From NCBI GenBank assembly GCA_951406725.2, contig OX597819.1, positions 55,676,001-55,740,000 on the forward strand: DNA of 64,000 nt, given 5' to 3'. This DNA is from Octopus vulgaris. Its lineage: Eukaryota. Below, one piece after another: positions 1-10,365 of this stretch. The position numbers were made by a program, and so were the translations under genes. Position 1 is the first letter of the stretch. Each line of letters begins with the position of its first letter. The notes beneath the pieces were generated by a model. That model did not search any database. It was not told the DNA's origin and saw nothing but the letters and a program-made list of their open reading frames with translations.

Positions 1-949
1 TGAAGCCAAAAAGAGGAGGAATTCTAGAGATGTTTCAAGCTGCCAATATACAGTCTGACGAAGTGAAAGCAATTGTCCAGTAGGATGTTCAGATGGTACT
101 TGAGGATTCCAGCTTCCAAAGGGATCCTTTCAATAAGTGTTGTGGGAACACCTAAAATATTCAATCTGCAATCCTCTGTAAAAAGTCCCAATGTCTCCCT
201 AGAAAAAAAAAAGAATAAGGGCTGATTTGATGAAAACAACCAAGAAATGCAGTAATTGTTGGTTGAAAGAAACCTACTTCATCAGATACAGCTTATCCTG
301 GCTAGAATTATCAGCCAAATCTCCTTCAAATCACACACTACACTCCTAATAGAAGAAAAACACATTTCTTTCATAGGTTTGAACTACAAAATTCAGTAAA
401 GGCTTATTAGTTATAGATATTATGGGCTTCTTCACAATTGCCAGTCATTAAATTTCCTCACACAAAGTGACTAAACCATACACCCATATCCTTGACAGGA
501 GAACATGACTGTTAGAAAAAGTGGCCTGCTCCCTCAGGTCCAACATACATATTATTTTATATTGCTGATGCTAAGCAATTTTGAGTATTATGTGTAATGA
601 TAATAAATGAATATGTAAAAGGATATTGCAAAATTCTCATGAAAATTGCATCATAAAGTAAGCATCTAATCAAAAGGGTGTTTAATGTTTACTTACAGTA
701 AATCCCATTGATCATTAAACGTTTACTATCCAGTTATAAAAACTTGTGGCAATTTGCCATTCATTACGTATGAGATAATCTAAGATTGAGCATGACGAAA
801 AACTGACTTTCAGATCTATACAACACACACACATTTATATGCATACATACCTTTATATATATATGCATATACATAAATACATACATACATATATATATAT
901 ATGTGTGTATGTATATAGATGCATGTTTGTATGTATGTATATATATATA

Positions 950-953
950 TAAT

Positions 954-1008
<55 letters not shown>

Positions 1009-1300
1009 ATTGATATATATATATATATAAATTATATATATATATAATTGATATATATAATTTATATAAATATATATATATAATTGATATATATATTTAT
1101 ATAAATTATATATATATATAATTGATATATATATTTATATAAATTATATATATATATAATTGATATATATATTTATATAAATTATATATATATATAATTG
1201 ATATATATATTTATATAAATTATATATATATATAATTGATATATATATTTATATAAATTATATATATATATAATTGATATATATATTTATATAAATTATA
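950..1300. repeat. AT-only minisatellite (~40-bp unit ATAATTGATATATATATTTATATAAATTATATATATAT, about 7 copies)
   Basis: Direct tandem repetition visible in the sequence. Confidence 0.9.
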
Positions 1301-1598
1301 TCATCATCATCATCATCATCGTCGTTTAGCGTCCGTTCTCCATGCTAGCATGGGTTGGACGGTTCGACCGGGGATCTGGGAAGCCAGAAGGCTGCACCAG
1401 GCTCCAGTCTTATCTGGCAATGTTTCTACAGCTGGATGCCCTTCCTAACGCCAACCACTCCGTGAGTGTAGTGGGTGCTTTTTACGTGCCACCTGCACAG
1501 GTGCCAGGCGAGGCTGGCAACGGCCACGGTCGGATTGGTGTATTTTATGTGCCACCGGCACGGAAGCCAGACGAGGCGGTGCTGGCATCGGCCACGAG
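1301..1598 (-). mobile_element. 3' end of an RTE-clade LINE ((GAT)n tail)
   Basis: Nearly identical reverse complement of 55570-55863, the 3' end of the RTE copy in this window; (CAT)n tract on + strand. Confidence 0.85.
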
Positions 1599-2194
1599 TA
1601 TAATTGATATATATATATATACATATATATATATGTGTATATATATACATATGTATATATATGCATATATATATGTATAAATGTATATATGTGTATATAT
1701 ATACATATTTATATATACATATACACACACACACACATATATATATATTTATATATACATATACATATATATACACATATGTATATATGTATATGTATGT
1801 ATATGTGTGTGTGTGTGTATCAATTAACAAACGAACGTAGGCGACAGCGTAAGTGCGTAAAATGTACACAGCACTTGTAGGAGGCTAATACTTCTGAATA
1901 AGAAATATTATGATGTAAAAGGGTATATCTAGTGCTCACAGGAGACAAATATTCGCGAGACATCAACGATAATGTTGCTAACGATAAATGACTATAATGA
2001 TAGATTTTCCATTATGTGTGTGTATGTGTGAGTGCGTGTGTGTTTATGTATGTGTTTGTATTCGTGTGTATGTATATGAATATTAAAAACAAATCAACGC
2101 AACTTTGAAGAATGCTTCAGTATGTCGTAACAACGCAGGCTTACATTACGTTGCTGCGTTTTGGTAAAATCAAGTGCTCAACTTACAATAGATG

Positions 2195-2687
2195 TGTAGA
2201 GACAACCGTACGTAAAGGAGAATGGCGACAAATGTCTCTACAAGTAGTGTCCCCGACGTGATTTGTATTATATCTCTCAAGCAGTGAGGATATCTGTTTC
2301 TTTACTACCCACAAGGGGCTAAACAGAGGGGACAAACAAGGACAGACAAGTGGATTAAGTCGATTACATCGACCTCAGTGCGTAACTGGTACTTAATTTA
2401 TCGACCCCGAAAGGATGAAAGGCAAAGTCCAAGGTACGCTACAGGGCCCCCTATCAGACGTTTTGTAGGAGACAAAGAGACAATAATAAAAAAATGGACA
2501 TAACTGTAGCGAAAAGGTGAAATTAGAATGGTTGGTCAATTAAACTGGTCCTGGGTCAGCATTTTGTAGACGTTCGAGTGACGTAAGGTCGGCTGAGAAT
2601 ATTTTGAAGCTACATGTTAGAAAACGAGAGGTCACCACTTGCAGAGACATTTGTCGCCATTCTCCTTTACGTACGGTCATCTCTACA
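2195..2687. mobile_element. Non-autonomous TGT...ACA element with ~60-bp TIRs and 4-bp TSD (Ginger/Gypsy-integrase type)
   Basis: GATG at 2191-2194 and 2688-2691; 2195-2254 is the reverse complement of 2628-2687 with about 6 mismatches. Confidence 0.8.
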
Positions 2688-3584
2688 GATGTTTGTGGGA
2701 GTCGTTCTTCAACTTATAACTATACAATACACAAGCATACACACATCCTAATCACTAGCAATAATTGATGATTCTGTATCAGGAATATTTGGTGGTCCCA
2801 AACATCAACTTATTTCTTAGCAATCGAAACCAGGTCACAGTATTCGGTGCAAAAACCACGTAAACAAGACGAACGTGAATAGCTCAATCAAGAAACTGAC
2901 TAGTCAGCATCTTGTAAAACAGCATCTCATGAACAATTTTATCTTTTGGTGCCGTTTTCTTTTGGAAAGAAACAGTTCTAAATGCAACTGTATCTCTGCT
3001 TGCAGAAGTAGTGACGCACGCTTTAAACTGGTCAGCTGTGAGCTGTGTCCGTACGTCAGCCAAGACCAATAAACAACAACGACGACGACGAAAATTCAGC
3101 TTAGACCATCTAGCTGCTAGTATTACATGATGACAGTTAGCACCATTTTCGATCGCAACAACGTCTCATACAAACATTGATCTATTAGCTTGGTGTAGAC
3201 ATCATTTCTTAATCGTTAGTAGTAACGACAGTACATAATTTGTTAACGATAAAAATTTATATTTTTGTATTCAAAATCTTAACGGAATTTGTGTTCTTTC
3301 CATCGACATCAACTCAATCAAATCATCACACTACTGACACACGCTCAGAAATATTCTTATCGTTACATGGTAGAGAACAATTTATAGAATGAAGTTGATT
3401 TCGATTGCTATGAAGTGTGGAAAGCCTAGCTGATAATGAACTTATAGTGTACAGTGCTTAGATGTACATCTGATTGGATAAGAGAGGACAGAAAGCAACA
3501 ATAATTCATATATAGAAAACCAGCAACGATAGCAAAACGTGCATGCACGGTACACAAAATAAAACACGAAACGACTGAAAAATG

Positions 3585-3967
3585 AGCAGGAGTAGCTTGC
3601 TTACCAACCACATGGTTCCGGGTTCAGTCCCACTGCGTGGCACCTTGGGCAAGTGTCTTCTACTATAGCCTCGGGCCGACCAAAGCCTTGTGAGTGGATT
3701 TGGTAGACGGAAACTGAAAAAAAAAACCCCGTCGTATAAATGTATATGTATATATATGTGTGTGTGTCTGTGTTTGCCCCCTCCCCCAATATCGCTTGAC
3801 AACCGATGCTGGTATGTTTACGTCCCTGTAACTTAGCGGTTCGGCAAAAAGAGAACGATTAAATAAGTACTAGGCTTACAAAGAATAAGTCATGGGGTAG
3901 ATTTCCTCGACTAAAGGTGGTGCTCCAGCATGGCCACAGTCAAATGACTGAAACAAGTAAAAGAGTA
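3585..3967 (+). mobile_element. tRNA-derived SINE, family 2 (internal microsatellite, CR1-like tail)
   Basis: tRNA-like head (GGTTCAGTCCC) and tail GGTGCTCCAGCATGGCCACAG..CTGAAAC; related copies near 7660-7870, 30085-30445, 32465-32697, 45880-46095, 50120-50215, 51955-52110, 56215-56510, 61765-61900, 63240-63612. Confidence 0.85.
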
Positions 3968-4699
3968 ATAATGATATCCATAAAGAGGAAAGAACGCAGA
4001 GGCACATCAGAAGTAGTAGTGGTGAATTCTGGGAAGCATGGAATTTTTAAAGGATACAATGTCCTGACGCGGGTAGTTTTTTTCCATGTTTCGACAATTC
4101 TGAACACGAGAAAAATGTTTCTGAAAGTCAAGGGTACTGCACTGTTGTTTTTTTTTTTTTGATTGGTTTATCATGTTCACGGGTAGCAGAGAATTCGAAA
4201 TAAGGAGCTGACTTACTGGAAAGATGGTGGATAATGTTTCGGACTTTTGCTCTTTAATGGCGAATAGACAAAGGCGAAGGTGTTGATGATTTATCTGTAA
4301 AGCGTGAGGGAGTAGAACACATAGAAAAAGAGAAATGTGGGGAATGAGGTAGGAGAGCCAGGGAGAGATAGTTTGAGAGAAACAGAATATGAAGAAAGGA
4401 GAGAAAGACAATGAACATGAACACAGCTGTAGTCTCTGTTCTTGAGATCAGTAGCAGAAGCAAATCTGTCGACCCTTTTATTAGCGTATTTCTGTTGAAG
4501 TACACTGCCTGTGTTTTAATTCATTTTGAGTATAACTTAGAATTTAATAAAATTACATTGTTATCATTAAGCTGGTGTTTAAGACATAAATTAACATGAA
4601 ATTTTGATGGAAGGTTCTTATTTACATTACTTTAAAACAGGTAGTTTGTAACATGCAACCGACGACGGCCTCGGGAAGTTTGGCAGCAGCAAACCTCTC

Positions 4700-6410
4700 A
4701 ATCATGTTTGGCAGGAGAGCCATCTTGCAAAGCTTCTTGATAGAATCCTCCCAGCAGCTGGATGTTGTTCAGTCTGTTTAAAAATATGATCCGATGTGGG
4801 TGCAGTAATAATAGGTCCAACTCACCGAAAAACAGTTTCTAATACAAGTCACTTCTGCTTTGTTGTCGGTCGTCACCAACAATGACCTTCTCGATGCAGT
4901 AGTTACACAAGCACACATACAAACTGATTTGAGATCTATATGTTCTTGCTAATGTAAAGCATACATACATGATTGTAATCGTGGTTGATGGCTGTTTTTT
5001 TTTTTTTTATTGGTGACACAAACCACTTTTCGTCTGTTCATTTCTTGTAGCCGGTATGCTTGTATCGTTTTTATACCATCAGTTACAAATGGGATCTTTT
5101 TCTTAATGCCTGGTTGTTAGCATTCACTGCTATCAGGTTCGTTTCTAGTTGGGAGGGGAAATATTTTTCGGGACTGGGAGGGATAGATTCTACAGGTGAT
5201 TTTTTTTTGGTCCATGTTCGGGTTGAAGTGTGTGTGGGGTCATGTGTGTCTGCGGGTGGGGGTGTTTTTCTTTTGCTGGAAGTTGAAGGGGTGAGGTTGG
5301 CAGTTTTTCTTTTAGGGACTTTTTTCTTTTTATGGGTTACATTAGTCCATTCTTCATTGTCTTCCTTGTTTTCGGTTGATGGTAGTCTCCTCTTTTATGA
5401 TTTTTGTTGGAGACTCTGCTGGCGGCGCTGTTTCTTCTTTTAGGGCGGGGCAGTTTACCCGAATGTGGCCTTTTCCCCCACATTCGAAGCACCGTGGCCT
5501 CCTACCCTCCACCGTCACTCTCAACGTAGTTTCCTCATTAATCACGATGTTTTCCACTATCTCTTGAAGAGTTTGTTGAGCTGCTTGAATCATGATCTCT
5601 AGCCCTTGTTCCTTCCAATGTTGCTGCTCTATTTTACTAACCTCGAGAATTGTTATTTTATCCTCGAGGCCCATGATTAGAGCAGCGCAGAGTCATGTTA
5701 CATCTATTTCTGGTGGAATTTCCTCCACTGTGATATTTTTAGGTATGTCTACCTAAATCAGTCAGTAGCAGTACTATTACTGAAAGCTTCTTCGCCCTTC
5801 ACTTTTTAGGTGGACGATAATGGTTGCAAATTTACGACCTTTGGTGATAAATGCAATGTCCCACCATATTGGTTGCAAGCATTTCTCGACCCCCTCTCTT
5901 CACGCATTGTCCAACTTTTTAGTTTTAATGTTCAGACGTTTAAAAACAATTTTTTGCCGTGTTTTCAATTAACTCAGAAAGGTAGATTTCAAATCATACC
6001 CCTCCCTCTCGAACATATTTTTGAATTGGTTTAACTATTCATTTGTCATGTTTAAGGTTTTCCTTTTAGTCTTGCTACTGCAGCGAAATTAGACTCAATT
6101 GTTTCAACAATTTTTCCGTTCAAAAATTATTCGCCCGACGGCATGCTCAAAACTTTATCAGAAGGCATTTTAAAATTGGTTTCCTCATATATTTTTTTCT
6201 TTTGGGTTGGAGAGAAGCCCTTGCACAAGAGAATAAATAATTCCCCTCCTCAAGAGGGGAATAACGTTAAAAATTCTGCTAATCGCGATAAAACAGGGTT
6301 TTTTTTTTAATACACACAACAAATGAAACAACAGCAAATTCAACAATTAAATTAACAATAACCAGCAACTTTCAGTATAATACATCAACAGAACGGAGAA
6401 ATAGCGAATA
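4700..6410 (-). mobile_element. Decayed gag-like ORF1 with CCHC zinc knuckle (Tx1/L1-type 5' region)
   Basis: ORF 5354-5674 contains RRPRCFECGGKGHIRVNC (CX2CX4HX4C); upstream frames resemble the 18 kb, 21 kb and 26 kb copies; multiple stops; left boundary approximate. Confidence 0.7.
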
Positions 6411-6790
6411 CATTTTATTCCAACCACAAGGGGACAGTACAAATGGGTCTGGGTATCGAATGTTGTTACACAAAAGTGTATCTAAAAATGTTATGATAAT
6501 ATAAAACGAATGAAGGGACAGACATATCACAACACAGTGGGGGTACTGTTCCGACTCTGCAAGACACGTTCCACCACTGAACCTTTTGTTTTAACTTTTC
6601 CTGGATAGCACTCACGTAGGACCATTCATTCCCAACATGCGATCCACTTGCATCCACCTTTTACCGAATCTGTCCGATGAAAGACACTTCTTTTCTAACC
6701 TTATCTTCCTTCGTAGAAGGAAGACAAAAAAGTTGGTCAATCCTTGGTCAGAAATGAAAGTGCCTTTCATACGTGCCTGCTAAGTCAATA
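6411..6790 (-). mobile_element. 3' end of Tx1/L1-clade LINE
   Basis: Minus strand reads RKIRLEKKCLSSDRFGKRWMQVDRM, similar to KRKLWLEKRCLSECTFQKRWKHVARV at ~22.4 kb; ends TGTCCCTTGTGGTTGGAATAAAA. Confidence 0.7.
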
Positions 6791-7105
6791 ATGTGTTTAC
6801 TTTAATTTGTTTCTAAATGAAAGTAGAGCTGTGTTGATGGCGTAGATAATGTACAATCAGTTGTTCTTATTTCATATTTCCCGCAACGATGAACGGCAAA
6901 GTCGACTTTGTTTCTATTTATACTCAGAAAAAGTGCTTATCCTATTTTTCCTGTTTACACACACACACACACTTACGTACATGAATAATTGGAAATCCTG
7001 TTAGGTATATGGATCCAATCGTCCTTGTAAAGACACACACAAGAAAAGCGTTTTTGAATAAGTAAAAAACAAAAACAAAACGTAAATAAACAAACGTGCA
7101 CACAC

Positions 7106-7178
7106 TTCTGAAACTCGGAAGCGAACCAGAGACCTTTAGATCTGCAGTCTAACGCTCTCCCAACTGAGCTATCTCGGC
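7106..7178 (-). pseudogene. tRNA-Phe-derived gene with GCA (Cys) anticodon, probably a pseudogene
   Basis: GCCGAGATAGCTCAGTTGGGAGAGCGTTAGACTGCAGATCTAAAGGTCTCTGGTTCGCTTCCGAGTTTCAGAA matches the metazoan tRNA-Phe body; anticodon GCA; two acceptor-stem mismatches; altered T-loop/B box. Confidence 0.85.
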
Positions 7179-8031
7179 TGGAGTCAATATAATCGACTTA
7201 ATCACCCCATTCCGAAATTGCTGGCCTTGTGCCAAAGTTTGAAATCGTTATTACAGTGAATGGTGATTGGTTGATTAGCCATTGTTCGTCGTTGTTTAAT
7301 AAGTGCTTTGCAACAGTCTGTCTGACCGTCTCCGTTGCTGTTAGAAATAGCAACCAAATCTCCCTTAAATAAAACTACACCGTCTGAAATAAAGAAATGA
7401 CACATTAGATAATGCTGTTGTACTTAACCTTAAATTAACAAGATGATCCCGGAAGGAGAGGTCAGCTCCATCAAAACTGGTTTCTGGCTACCCAACAATT
7501 CTACTGCCGGCACAATCATTTCAATTGATTAATATATCAAAGAATGAACATATATTATTACAGCCATTCTCTCTCTTCCTTTTCTTTCTGTCTTTCTTTT
7601 TGTCTGTCTCTTTCGCTCTCTCGCTTCCTCTCTCTCTCTCTATCTCTCTTATATATATATTTTTTTCCTCTCTAGTTTCAGCTCAGAGCTGCGGCCATGC
7701 TGATGCATCGCCGTTATATATATATATATATACATACATACATACATATGTGTTTGTGTTTGACGAACTTCTGTACAGCTTCCATCCAACAAAGTTTAGT
7801 CACAGTGTATCGCAGTGTGTTCGAACATGGAACCCGCGTGGATGCAAAGCGAACTTGTTATATACGCAACCACAAAGGCTTTTCTCGCGGCCGCTAAAAC
7901 CACCACCACGAACCACCTTTTCGTAACAGTCACAAACAAATAAATGTCTTCTCCTTTGGTTCCCAATTTAGTTTGATAAATAAACTTGAGTATTTATTAA
8001 ACAAGCTATATAAAAAGTTTTAGCGCTAATT

Positions 8032-8111
8032 GTCTATGTGGCTAAATGTGTCTCGGTTAGCACGTTCGGTTGTTAACCAAAAGGTTGGTGGTTCAAGCTT
8101 ACCCAGGGACG
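8032..8111 (+). pseudogene. tRNA-Asn(GTT), probably a pseudogene
   Basis: Matches the metazoan tRNA-Asn body (..CGGTTAGCACGTTCGGTTGTTAACCAAAAGGTTGGTGGTTCAAGCTTACCCAGGGACG) with a ~6-nt D-loop insertion and stem mismatches. Confidence 0.85.
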
Positions 8112-8169
8112 ACTTACCCTCTTTTATTATTTAAATAGAAATATTGAAAAGAGCTTGGGTAAACATACA

Positions 8170-9420
8170 ATAGTGTTTCTTCATCTTTGTCGACGATGAC
8201 CAAGGACGTCACATGAGAGATAAAAGACAGTTCGATGCGTGCTCGTAAAGCTCTACCGCAGCTCGGGCACTGGTGGTCTTCTAGGACTGAAGACAAGGAG
8301 TTGGCTATGGATTTTCGCAGGTCGCGTTTTTGTGCTCCTGCGATCCTATTCTGTTTGTATGTGGTACCCTTGCCGGCTCAGTTTCACCATGAAGGGTGGG
8401 CTTGTTCTTGCATTTCCCAAGGGTCGAGGTTAATATCAAAGTACTTCAGTGAGGCTTTGAGTGTATCCTTGAAGCCCTTTTTTTTCTGATCACCTTGCGT
8501 ACGCTTTCCTTCCGCCAGTTCGTTGTGAAACAGTTTTGTTTTTGGAGGGGAGATCGTGCGTCAATCATTTGAACGAGGTGCCCGGCCCACCTGATCTACT
8601 CTCTCCTCAACACCTCGGCAGACAACCTCCTTGTCTGTGACCTTATCTTGCCAGGGGATTTTCAACAGCATTCTCAGACAGTTCATGTGGAAGCTGTTTG
8701 GTGCAGCCCACTTCTCACAGGCATACAGTAGTGTAGGGAGTACAACTGCTTGGTGCACCTTCTGCTTGGTAGCTAGCCTCATGGCTGTCTTTTCCTAACA
8801 GCCATCCAAGTGCTGAGATACCCTTAGCGATGTGTGTGTTGGCTTCATTATCAATATTCTCAGAACTGGAATGTGTGCTGCTGAGGTGCATGAACTTACT
8901 AACAGCCTTCAAGGTTTCTCTTCTCCGACAGGGACAGTTGGTTTAACACGTTGCATTTGTTGGGCAGGTTGGTACATAGGCTCTGTCTTTTGAGTACTGA
9001 TCATGAGGCCAAAGTTGTTGCAGGCAGTGGGAAAACAGTTAATACTCTGTTGCATCTGAGCCTCAGTGGCAGTGTTGAGTGTGCAATCATCTGCAATCAG
9101 GACGTCATGCACTGAGTCTTCTTTCACCTTGTTATTCGCCTGTAGTCTTCGCAGGCTGAAGAGTTTGCCATCAGTCCTGAATCTGATCTTGGCTCTGGTT
9201 TCATCGATGTTGTGGAAAACATCTGACATCATGGTCGAGAACATCATGCTAAGCTGCATAGGTGCGAGTACACAGCCCTACTTCACTCAGTGACTGGGAA
9301 TGCGTCAGAAGAATCTCCACGGCCCAGCACCCAAGTGAGCATGCTATCATGAAACTGTTGCACCAATTTGTCTGGGCAGCCGAACTTTTCCATGATCTTC
9401 CAAAGCCCCTCACGACTGTA
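8170..9420 (-). mobile_element. Decayed RTE (BovB-like) LINE fragment
   Basis: IRFRTDGKLFSLRRLQA, IADDC, FGLMISTQKTE, VVLPTLLYACEKW and C-terminal CPSCGR; frameshifted. Confidence 0.85.
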
Positions 9421-9534
9421 CACAGCTACAAGCCCACAGCATTCGAATGGTACTTATTTTATCAATCCCGATAATATGGGTATCCTAAAATTGTATGTTA
9501 CTAACGTTTCTCAAATTCGAAGACTCCTCATAAT

Positions 9535-10315
9535 TGATTTCAAATTTTGGCACAAGGCCATCAATTTCAAGGGTGGGTAAGTCAATTGCATCGACCCCAG
9601 TGCTCAACTGGTATTTATTTTATCAACACCGAAAGGTTAAAAGACAAAGTCGACCTCGGAGGAATTTAAACAAAGAGCGTAAACACAGACGAACTTCCAC
9701 TAAGCATTTCTCCCGACGTGCTTACGATTTTTATTTCTTTATTGCCCACAAGGGCTAAACATAGAGGGGACAAACAAGGGAAGACAAACGGATTAAGTCG
9801 ATTATATCAACCCCAGTGCGTAACTGGTACTTATTTAATCGACCCCGAAAGGATGAAAGGCAAAGTCGACCTCAGCGGAATTTGAACTCAGAACGTAGCG
9901 GCAGACGAAATACCTATTTCTTTACTACCCACAAGGGGCTAAACATAGAGGGGACAAACAAGGACAGACAAACGGATCGAGTCGATTACATCGACCCCAG
10001 TGCGTAACTGGTACTTAATTTATCGACCCGAATGGATGAAAGGCAAAGTCTTTGAACTCAAAACGTAACGGCAGACGAAATACCTATTTCTTTACTACCC
10101 ACAAGGGGCTAAACATAGAGGGGAAAAACAAGGACAGACAAACGGATCGAGTCGATTATATCAACCCCACTGCGTAACTGGTACTTATTTAATCGATCCC
10201 GAATGGATGAAAGGCAAAGTCGACCTCGGCGAAATTTGAACTCAGAACGTAATCGCAGACGAAATACCGTTCAGCATTTCGCCCGGCGTGCTAACGTTTC
10301 TGCCAGCTCGACCCC

Positions 10316-10316
<1 letters not shown>
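9535..10316 (-). mobile_element. Head-to-tail array of 4 tRNA-derived family-1 SINEs, 3 with Tx1-type tails
   Basis: Repeated unit with core CTTTGCCTTTCATCCTTTCGGGGTCGATAAA; other family-1 copies near 27345, 31295 (with ~18-bp TSD TTGACT(A/G)CAAAGAATATT), 39545-40155, 42543-42720, 43185, 46230, 50215, 61950-63010. Confidence 0.9.

Positions 10317-10363
<47 letters not shown>

Positions 10364-10365
<2 letters not shown>

Noticed and set aside
1-239. Minus-strand ORF/exon after TTTTTTTTTTCTAG, including a frame with a single in-frame TGA
   Set aside because: No recognisable protein and no SECIS visible; the plus strand looks as much like a decayed LINE end with a poly-A. Not supportable as a CDS or selenoprotein.
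1426-1880. YI/MYV/CV-rich ORFs here and at 15868-16826, 17774-18143, 28356-28833, 32407-32717
   Set aside because: Translations of (TA)n/(TACA)n/(CA)n microsatellites; the first ~285 aa of the 599-aa ORF at 15920 is such an artefact fused to a CR1 fragment.
2875-3072. Overlapping 61-65 aa ORFs in unique-looking sequence
   Set aside because: Non-ATG starts, no clear splice signals and no recognisable motifs.
9535-10316. CRISPR-like periodicity
   Set aside because: Units are whole SINE copies with no unique spacers; eukaryotic context, no cas genes.
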